DNA of 64,000 nt, from IMG/VR virus record IMGVR_UViG_3300014720_000016. One strand, written 5' to 3'. This document shows, piece after piece, positions 54,227-60,996 of the stretch. The notes under the pieces are model-generated. The model saw only the letters and a list, made by a program, of their open reading frames with translations. It did no database searches and was not told the origin of the DNA. Made by a program: the position numbers and the translations under genes. The stretch comes from a virus. Within the stretch, counting starts at the first letter, position 1, and each line of letters starts with the position of its first letter.

Positions 54227-54574
54227 TCATCCACTGAAAGGAGATTTCTTTGATTTCTTTTTTGCGGGCGCTACATGCGATAGCACGTATTTCAGATCTG
54301 AGCGTAGCAGTTCTACTTCTGCCCGCAGGTCCTGTAGTTGTCTAAGAATATCTGCTTCAGCAGGACTAGGGGCTTGCGGGGGCGGCAGGACTAGGGATAC
54401 CCCGCATTTAGGGCAAGCCTCGCCCGTAGTAAGGGTACTGCACGCGCCACAGCACCGGATCAGCGTGGTAGCAGGGAGTGTGGTCGTATTAGGCAGGGGA
54501 TAGGTGCCAGTGCCATCGGTAATGCGGAAGCAGTACTAGCAAAACACGCCCGGCAGATGGTTGCAGAAGCTCAT
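54227..54574 (-). pseudogene. zinc-finger/coiled-coil gene with an in-frame TAG at codon 13
   Basis: MSFCNHLPGVFC*YCFR..CCGAC..CPKCG..; ATGA-coupled start; fills the gap exactly. Confidence 0.6.
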
Positions 54575-54759
54575 TCTTTTTCCCCTGGAGTTATATTCAG
54601 CGCATCCCCTAGTGCGTCTATCTCGTATAGTGCCAGGGGTGTTTGTGTAATAGCCGCAACCCATGCAAAGTCTACAATCGCATCATGCTGCGGCGGTATC
54701 TTGCCCACTACTTCACCGGTGCCTTTTATCCGTATTTCGTAATGGCGGATTAGCTTCAT
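54571..54759 (-). CDS. MKL family B small protein
   Basis: MKLIRHYEIR..PLALYEIDALGD. Confidence 0.75.
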   Translation of the reverse strand: MKLIRHYEIRIKGTGEVVGKIPPQHDAIVDFAWVAAITQTPLALYEIDALGDALNITPGEKE

Positions 54760-54949
54760 GACCCATCTCCAGAATATGCAAATCACCTAGGGCATCTACG
54801 GCGGCTATATGTAGCGGGGTGAGGTGCTTGTAGATTATGCTATAGAGATCCCGCATATGGCACATATGCTGCTCGGATGCATCATCGCCAAACCGGAGCA
54901 CAAGACCCCGGTTTGCATCCACCAGTAAGTATTCTGTAAATAGTTTCAT
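54713..54949 (-). CDS. MKL family B small protein
   Basis: MKLFTEYLLVD..PLHIAAVDALGD. Confidence 0.75.
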   Translation of the reverse strand: MKLFTEYLLVDANRGLVLRFGDDASEQHMCHMRDLYSIIYKHLTPLHIAAVDALGDLHILEMGHEANPPLRNTDKRHR

Positions 54950-55368
54950 GCTCCAGCCGAGGTATTCCAGATTATGTCATTCAGCATATCTGCTGGCACT
55001 TCTGTAATTCCTGATAGGCGGCGTGTGATAGTAATGCTGCCATCGCTATGCACTTTGCCTTCCCATAGCTTTGGTGGTACGAAATTGGTTTTATTTACTG
55101 GGGCGGGCGGTGATGACAGTTCGGTTGCAATGAACGCATCTACTTCCTGTTCGGTAGCAGGCCGGAGTAGCTGCCCCTTGATAGGGTGGCCGCTCTTTAC
55201 TTTGTTATTTACGGTTGGCACAGAACAGCAAAAGGCCTTAGCGGCAGCGCCAGCATTTATAAAAAACTGTCCATTGCTGGAAACCAGCGGGTGGCTTGGC
55301 TTGCCTTGCGCGCCTAGTACGCGAACCTTTACGACGCCCGCTTCAACAATCTTCTCTAGTTTGTTCAT
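54946..55368 (-). CDS. putative NUMOD1/HTH-like DNA-binding protein
   Basis: NGQFF.NA..AAK.F.CS..TV..KG pattern. Confidence 0.5.
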   Translation of the reverse strand: MNKLEKIVEAGVVKVRVLGAQGKPSHPLVSSNGQFFINAGAAAKAFCCSVPTVNNKVKSGHPIKGQLLRPATEQEVDAFIATELSSPPAPVNKTNFVPPKLWEGKVHSDGSITITRRLSGITEVPADMLNDIIWNTSAGA

Positions 55369-55453
55369 GTTTTCCCCTGCTTGTTTTTGTTATGACTGGT
55401 TGGCTAACAAGCAAGCTTTACAACAAACTTTAGCATTGTTTTTTTCTAAAACA

Positions 55454-55657
55454 TTACTGATCGCCAATATTCACAAACTTGAAGCCGGCATCCAGGTCAT
55501 AGGCGGTTAGCGGAGCATCCTCGGAATAGTTCCAGGTTTCGGCTGCCATCAGCGAACGGGCGGCAGCTTCGCTGATTGCGATAGCAACATTGCAGCCCCG
55601 CCAGCCGAGGTTCTGAATCCAAAGCCGCATTTTTTGACACTCGTTGCTAGTAGTCAT
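55454..55657 (-). CDS. hypothetical protein
   Basis: AGGA RBS; in run. Confidence 0.55.
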   Translation of the reverse strand: MTTSNECQKMRLWIQNLGWRGCNVAIAISEAAARSLMAAETWNYSEDAPLTAYDLDAGFKFVNIGDQ

Positions 55658-56015
55658 AGCAATCCTTTTCGTTCTTGAAGTCTACGCCAACAGAATAGTA
55701 ACCATTAGAGCTGCCGGACCAGCGGATTGTGACATAGCCACGGATCGTGGCGAACTTATAGAAAGTCCAGCCGGTCAGCCCTTCGTCATCATCGACCAAT
55801 CTCTGGAACACAACCTCTGCGGTAAGCAGAGGGACTCCAATCAGATCGGCAATATCGCCATCGATCTGCTCGATGCCTACGCTCTCGCAGCAGTCCTGAT
55901 GGTGATACATGCGGAAGATTTCGCCATCGCTGCAATGGAAGCGTACATCATCTTCCTCAATGCCAGAAATACGCGTAAGGGTTTTTCCACGGATAGGCAG
56001 GGCGTCAGCGGTCAT
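55647..56015 (-). CDS. conserved phage hypothetical protein
   Basis: MYHHQDCCESV..WTFYKFAT..IRW.G.SNGYYS. Confidence 0.8.
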   Translation of the reverse strand: MTADALPIRGKTLTRISGIEEDDVRFHCSDGEIFRMYHHQDCCESVGIEQIDGDIADLIGVPLLTAEVVFQRLVDDDEGLTGWTFYKFATIRGYVTIRWSGSSNGYYSVGVDFKNEKDCYDY

Positions 56016-56659
56016 GGCAGCTCCACTATGCCGCCGGTAGTATAGGCAGCATTGCTATAGATTGTGTCTATTATGCGAATCTGAGAATAAGAGGCTTGGT
56101 GAACGTGGCCAAACAGGGCAGCCTGAAAGCGGTGCGTGCGGTATTGCAGGGCAGTGGCCAGCGCAGGAATACCGTAGTGGACTCCTGGTCTATCTGAATC
56201 AAAGATGCCTGCTGGCGGGGCGTGGCTCAGTAGGATGTCACCGGGTGCAGACAGGCCTGAGTCCCCGTCAAAAATATCCGAGATTATCGCAGCCATCTCG
56301 GGTGTACGCACTTCGCCAGCCCATTCGCCTGCAATGTATGGTATCTCTCGGAATCCAATCCATTGCAGTCCGGCTACCTGTACGGGTGTCAGGTCTGCTC
56401 GGGTAGCTGGTAGAAAATCTGCAAGTTCTATATAGTCGTGATTACCAGGGACGTAGATTAGCGGGCGGTTGCCTAGCCAGGTACGAATAGGATTGAGAAA
56501 TCGCTGTAGCCAAGCGGTTTGGAACGGGACTTCCCTCTCAATAATACCGCGTGTGCTATTCGGGAACAGGTCGCCTGTATGGACCACTACGTCCACATCG
56601 GGCAACGGGTTGTCCCAGAAGCCCCAGCCATGCGTATCGGAAAGATGATAAATCTTCAT
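56012..56659 (-). CDS. calcineurin-like metallophosphoesterase
   Basis: DTH, GD, GNHD, SH.PP, FGHVH motifs. Confidence 0.9.
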   Translation of the reverse strand: MKIYHLSDTHGWGFWDNPLPDVDVVVHTGDLFPNSTRGIIEREVPFQTAWLQRFLNPIRTWLGNRPLIYVPGNHDYIELADFLPATRADLTPVQVAGLQWIGFREIPYIAGEWAGEVRTPEMAAIISDIFDGDSGLSAPGDILLSHAPPAGIFDSDRPGVHYGIPALATALQYRTHRFQAALFGHVHQASYSQIRIIDTIYSNAAYTTGGIVELP

Positions 56660-56683
56660 TCGCGCTCCGTTCGGCAAGCCCGA

Positions 56684-56706
56684 GGATCGGGGGCGACCGG
56701 CTTTAG
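56684..56706 (-). promoter_or_regulatory. recurrent oriented motif
   Basis: GGATC-GGGGGCGA-CCGGCTTTAG. Confidence 0.7.
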
Positions 56707-56742
56707 GCCCGACCCGGCCTATTAATTGGTGCAGCTAGCTGT

Positions 56743-57567
56743 ATGAAAAAACTAGTTACCCGGATTGTTGAACTTGCTCATTACGCAGACCGTCACGGCT
56801 ATTATAAAATAGCAGAAGATTTAGATGAGTTAAGCTCCTCGATGATCGACGAGACCAAGACTGGCCCTGCTACAAAGCTGAGCGATCTACCTGACTGGGA
56901 AGCAGGCGGGGGCTACAACAATATCATATCGCTCCTAAAGAGCGCTACTCCAGCGGAAGTAGATTACTGGCGCAACTGGTACGGCAATGCGCGACAAGAC
57001 GTAGAGGCTCTAGCGGCTAAATACGGCGAACCTTTTGAGCGGGTAGCGGCTGTCGTGGCCGTGCTTAGTCCGGGCAACAAATGGGCATCTAATCTGCGGG
57101 CAGCCGAGACTATCCTGCTAGAAGTGCATGGCGAGCCAGGTGTCGGAGTGGTACCGCGCAAGGGCAAAGGGGCCGGCACGTCAGACATCTACCGGGATTT
57201 CATTGCTGAAGAATTTCCGTCAAATGTTCCATACCGGGATGTGTCTGCTTATCCTGCCAATGCACGAAAGGCGCGGGATATCCTTGTGACGGGAAATATC
57301 GGCCAAAGCCTGTCGGGTCCAAAGGTTACTGTATTCTATGACAGTCTTGTGCATCCTGAGTGGGCGCGGGACCGCATGGTTCTGGACGGCCATGCGATAA
57401 ATATCTGGCGTGGCGTCAAGGTACCACTAAAAGGGCTGACTGCTCCTAGTAAGGAGGAGCGGGCGGCTATGCTAGCAGACTACCGCCGGGCTGCTGCGGA
57501 TAGCGGTCTAAGCGTGCAGGAAGTACAGGCGATTACCTGGTTCCTTTGGAAGAATATAGAAGAATAG
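56743..57567 (+). CDS. IANELD-like leader fused to a helical DNA-glycosylase-like (DUF7178-like) domain
   Basis: LAHYADRHGYYKIAEDLD leader; WY..A, VAVLSP..W..N, SGPKV..F, LDGHA, VQAITW. Confidence 0.6.
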   Translation: MKKLVTRIVELAHYADRHGYYKIAEDLDELSSSMIDETKTGPATKLSDLPDWEAGGGYNNIISLLKSATPAEVDYWRNWYGNARQDVEALAAKYGEPFERVAAVVAVLSPGNKWASNLRAAETILLEVHGEPGVGVVPRKGKGAGTSDIYRDFIAEEFPSNVPYRDVSAYPANARKARDILVTGNIGQSLSGPKVTVFYDSLVHPEWARDRMVLDGHAINIWRGVKVPLKGLTAPSKEERAAMLADYRRAAADSGLSVQEVQAITWFLWKNIEE

Positions 57568-57582
57568 TTTTTATAGCCGGCC

Positions 57583-57990
57583 TTAGGGCCGAGGCGGGCC
57601 AGTATAGATCAGCTGCAAAGTAGAGAAGCCTACTACTGCCGGAATACGCAGACGCCGGCCCGACTCCGAACAAGTAACAAAAACCATACTGCCATTTGCA
57701 TCTACGAGATCGGTGTGAGTAGGAGTGGTATTATACACATCTAGCCGGCGCACATGATTGCTAAACCGGATAAAGGTGCCTTCAATAGCAATACTGGTAC
57801 CAAGAAAGTTCTGTAGCATGTTGACTAGGGGAGCAGCCAGTCCACCTAGCTCCACAGGCACATCCGGGCTATCTACTGTAGCAACATGGGAAAAAGTATA
57901 TGTTCCGGCAGGATTGCAGGCGGCTGGAGGCTGCGGCACAGGTGCGCTGCAACCGCTTGCCAACAGGACCGCGGCTAGGATTTTTTTCAT
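57583..57990 (-). CDS. putative lipoprotein
   Basis: MKKILAAVLLASGC lipobox-like signal; GAGG RBS. Confidence 0.7.
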   Translation of the reverse strand: MKKILAAVLLASGCSAPVPQPPAACNPAGTYTFSHVATVDSPDVPVELGGLAAPLVNMLQNFLGTSIAIEGTFIRFSNHVRRLDVYNTTPTHTDLVDANGSMVFVTCSESGRRLRIPAVVGFSTLQLIYTGPPRP

Positions 57991-57996
57991 TTTTCC

Positions 57997-58083
57997 TCAG
58001 AAGAAGGGAGCAAGAACCATAATTCCAATAAAAAAGATTACCGTACCGGCAATCATAATGTCAAGCGGTTCAGCGTCTCTCAT
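57997..58083 (-). CDS. 28-aa membrane microprotein
   Basis: MRDAEPLDIMIAGTVIFFIGIMVLAPFF*; AGGAG RBS. Confidence 0.5.
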   Translation of the reverse strand: MRDAEPLDIMIAGTVIFFIGIMVLAPFF

Positions 58084-58091
58084 GGTTTCTC

Positions 58092-58283
58092 CTAGGCGTG
58101 AGCAGCCGGCACATACCGGGCAACGTCTGCAATAAGTAGTTCATAAGCGGCATCAAACCGTTCGGGCTGGAACGGCTCTCCGCTATTGAATGCATTCATC
58201 AGAGCTTCATCCGTTTCCCGGAAGCCGTGCATGAGTGCAATATTGAGGAAAAAGTTTGTCATTTCTTTTGCTTCATTCTTCAT
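58092..58283 (-). CDS. hypothetical protein
   Basis: MKNEAK start after AGGAG. Confidence 0.65.
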   Translation of the reverse strand: MKNEAKEMTNFFLNIALMHGFRETDEALMNAFNSGEPFQPERFDAAYELLIADVARYVPAAHA

Positions 58284-58605
58284 TGTTACTCCTGGGGTCA
58301 GCGGAAGCGGCAATGGCACGGTGCATTGCACGGGTTGCGGCGTGTCTGGTAGCATGGGCTTGGAAGTCGCCGCATGTAGAGAAGCCGCTTTGGAAGGAAA
58401 AACAGCGAACATTATACATGCGGGGGCCTCGTGATGAGGCCTCACTAGAGACAAACCACAGCCGGCCCCTGCCGTCTTTTAGACCTGACTGGGGCAGGCG
58501 TGTACGGAAGAAGCGCATAGTACTAGGACTGAACCAGTAACTGCCGGTGCTGTCAACAGCAGCCCGGATAGAGTCCATGGAAATGCTTTCGACGTGCATG
58601 ATCAC
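58273..58605 (-). CDS. conserved phage hypothetical protein
   Basis: G.YWFSP.TMRFF.TR..FVSSE..R.Y.VR; AGGAG RBS. Confidence 0.75.
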   Translation of the reverse strand: MIMHVESISMDSIRAAVDSTGSYWFSPSTMRFFRTRLPQSGLKDGRGRLWFVSSEASSRGPRMYNVRCFSFQSGFSTCGDFQAHATRHAATRAMHRAIAASADPRSNNEE

Positions 58606-58650
58606 TCCTTATAGCCACGCCCGGTTGCGGGTCAAGTGGTGTGCTGTTGC

Positions 58651-58673
58651 GGATCGGGCGGAACCGGGTTTAG
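58651..58673 (-). promoter_or_regulatory. recurrent oriented motif
   Basis: GGATC-GGGCGGAA-CCGGGTTTAG. Confidence 0.7.
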
Positions 58674-58754
58674 GGCGGGGTCGACCTGGCAGTCTAGGGT
58701 GTCAATGCTTGCAGGCCGGGCCAGCTTCGTGTCTAGTTCTGGGAAAACCTGCGC

Positions 58755-58976
58755 TCAGTAATCCCAACCACGCTCTGCCCGGTTAGCGCAGGTATCACAC
58801 TGATAGCCACGCGCCCGGTCAGCAGGCGTTAGGCGGTTAGGAGCTTTGCAGTTAGGACAAGGAAGATTTCGGGGATTATCCGCTGTAGCAGCTCGGAGCG
58901 CAGAGCCACCGCCTGGATCTGCAAAGTCGCAGAGATAATCCTCATCCTCATAACCGAAGTCATCATCATCGTACAT
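58755..58976 (-). CDS. small zinc-finger protein
   Basis: FADPGG.SALRA..PCPNC..YQCDTCA. Confidence 0.75.
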   Translation of the reverse strand: MYDDDDFGYEDEDYLCDFADPGGGSALRAATADNPRNLPCPNCKAPNRLTPADRARGYQCDTCANRAERGWDY

Positions 58977-59017
58977 ACTGCTTCCGTTGCTAGAGGTTGG
59001 TCGCTAGTAAGAATCTT

Positions 59018-59203
59018 TTATTTTCCTGCAAGCCAGTTCAGGGCTGCACCCAGTCTGCGGGTTGACAGGACGAATTCCCCATCAGATGTGCAGCAAAGAA
59101 AGGCATCATCTCCCGGGTCATGAATCACAACCCAATCACCACGAACCCAACGGGTGTGGGATGGCTGTATGCCGTTGTCTATAATGCGAACAGAAATGTC
59201 CAT
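59018..59203 (-). CDS. hypothetical protein
   Basis: GAGGAG RBS; 31 nt after motif. Confidence 0.65.
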   Translation of the reverse strand: MDISVRIIDNGIQPSHTRWVRGDWVVIHDPGDDAFLCCTSDGEFVLSTRRLGAALNWLAGK

Positions 59204-59233
59204 GGCCTGCTCTCCTCGGTCGTTCGGCCTTCA

Positions 59234-59256
59234 GGATCAGGGGACACCGGCTTTAG
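59234..59256 (-). promoter_or_regulatory. recurrent oriented motif
   Basis: GGATC-AGGGGACA-CCGGCTTTAG. Confidence 0.7.
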
Positions 59257-59270
59257 GCCGGACGGGACTG

Positions 59271-59528
59271 CTATCGTGACCGGATGTTGATTTGATTCGA
59301 AAGATACCTAGGAACGCAACTAGATCGGAATCCCTCGAACTCAAGCCAAGAATAACGGGCCGAAGGCATATCTACTGTTACTTCTAATAGGTAATGCGGG
59401 TGGCAGTAGATGTGCCTTGTGTATTCTGGCGGTATGATTATGCCGAAATGTTCTGCAAGAATGGCAATAGCTGCGGGCCAATCTTTATTGGAAATAGCCT
59501 CTCGCACCGCATAGCTAGCTAACTTCAT
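59271..59528 (-). CDS. MKL family A small protein
   Basis: MKLASYAVREAISNKDWPAA..EHFGI..YSW..GF. Confidence 0.8.
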   Translation of the reverse strand: MKLASYAVREAISNKDWPAAIAILAEHFGIIIPPEYTRHIYCHPHYLLEVTVDMPSARYSWLEFEGFRSSCVPRYLSNQINIRSR

Positions 59529-59530
59529 AC

Positions 59531-59752
59531 CTAGCCTTGCCGTGCAAGGGCCTGCACGGCGACAGCGTAGGCCGCATCCAAGTCGCGTGGCAGATCTAGC
59601 GCCATAGCATCGAGCAGCCCGCGCAGGGCTGCACGCAACTGCTCATTCTCCTGCCGTAGTTGTTCCTTTTCCTGCCGCAGCAAATGGGCGTCAAAGAGGG
59701 CAGCGTCTCGCTCGTCGCTAACAATAGCGAGACGGTCATGAATGGCAGGCAT
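59531..59752 (-). CDS. small coiled-coil protein
   Basis: LRQEKEQLRQENEQL heptad repeat; GGAG RBS. Confidence 0.65.
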   Translation of the reverse strand: MPAIHDRLAIVSDERDAALFDAHLLRQEKEQLRQENEQLRAALRGLLDAMALDLPRDLDAAYAVAVQALARQG

Positions 59753-59809
59753 GATTCAACTCCCGGTAAAAAAGCGCACGTTTTTATCTGGAACGTGCAA
59801 ACCAGTAAG

Positions 59810-60415
59810 TCAACGACGAACCGAACGGGGCTTCCAGCTAGGGTCGAACACACGGGTGGTAGTCTCACCCTTCGGGCTCATGACAGTACGGCTAACCGTG
59901 TTGCCGCCAACGTCTGCCCAATCCTCGCTCTTACGACGGCGGAACATAGGAGCCGGAAACCGATTAGGAATCTTGGCACCAGTCTCCGGGTCACGGGCCT
60001 CACAGACGTTCCAGCTCTGAAGCACGCTATTGTATTTGCAGAAAACACGCCGACCATCCGCGTGCTGGACAACACGGTGAAGCTGACCACGCTCACCCCG
60101 GCTACCAAGAAGCGGATTACCCGCCGGACGCTGGTAGCCTTCCCACAGGATAATCTTGCCGTCAATATCCGGCTCACGGCTAATGGGAGTAACAAAATCC
60201 AGGATTTCTGGACACTTGACAATGTCGCCATACTGGACAGCCAGGGCAGACACCTTGCCATCCATGTGCTGTTGGAGAATGGCCTGCACACGGGCAGTCT
60301 CGGTAATCTGCTCCATGAGAGTGCGAATCTCCTGCATGATTGCAAAGGAGGCACTCAGGTTGCTGCCAACGCGGCTACGAACAGTCTCACCAATCTGGGG
60401 AATACGCTCGGTCAT
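59810..60415 (-). CDS. hypothetical protein
   Basis: GGAG RBS; 36 nt after motif. Confidence 0.7.
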   Translation of the reverse strand: MTERIPQIGETVRSRVGSNLSASFAIMQEIRTLMEQITETARVQAILQQHMDGKVSALAVQYGDIVKCPEILDFVTPISREPDIDGKIILWEGYQRPAGNPLLGSRGERGQLHRVVQHADGRRVFCKYNSVLQSWNVCEARDPETGAKIPNRFPAPMFRRRKSEDWADVGGNTVSRTVMSPKGETTTRVFDPSWKPRSVRR

Positions 60416-60450
60416 ACACGCTCCGTGGTTTGCTGCGGTTGTGGCTAAGG

Positions 60451-60473
60451 GGATCGGGCGGCACCGGGTTTAG
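60451..60473 (-). promoter_or_regulatory. recurrent oriented motif
   Basis: GGATC-GGGCGGCA-CCGGGTTTAG. Confidence 0.7.
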
Positions 60474-60508
60474 GCCCGCCCCGACTAGCAGGGGTTGCCC
60501 CCTGCCGC

Positions 60509-60987
60509 TCAGAAACGCTTGGTCAGTGGAATAAAGTTCGTATTTTCTTCACCGTCTTCGGTGATCTCACAATCCGTATCTGCATCCATGTCACGGCAAT
60601 CATCGGCAATCATCCTGCCGTCATCAAAGGTGGCACAGCCTGTGAATGCCATGCCGCTCTCCTCATAGAACAGGCGGAAGTGGAGACTGGGGAACCGTTC
60701 TGCTAGGCGGGTCATCACTCCAAGCGGGGGACTCCAAGCGGGGGACTCCATGCCGTGTCAAAGACTACAGAAAGAGTACCATCTGAATGCAGGTTCACAT
60801 CGAAACAGTCTGCATCCCACTTGGTACCCCAGTTGGCTACACGCCAGTCATAGGCGTCAACGCCATCTGGAAGGGGATGGATGGACTGAAAAGGGGTATC
60901 ATTGTCAACCAGCAAGGCAGCGACGCCAGCAAGGTCACGCTCAGATCCGCCGCAGATTTCCAGGATATTGTTGCACCAGTTAGGCAT
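60509..60987 (-). pseudogene. DUF1281/YubB-like ferredoxin-fold protein split by a 14-bp tandem duplication
   Basis: MPNWCNN..WR..NWGTKWD..FDTAWSPP then frameshift to L..RFP.L.F.L.YEE.G..F.G. Confidence 0.8.
60717..60750. repeat. tandem repeat ACTCCAAGCGGGGG x2.4
   Basis: Units 60717-60730 and 60731-60744, partial 60745-60750. Confidence 0.95.
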
Positions 60988-60996
60988 AAACACTCC

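Noticed and set aside
2547-59528. MKL N-termini as Sec or lipoprotein signal peptides
   Set aside because: The segments contain several acidic and aromatic residues and lack a continuous hydrophobic core or cleavage motif.
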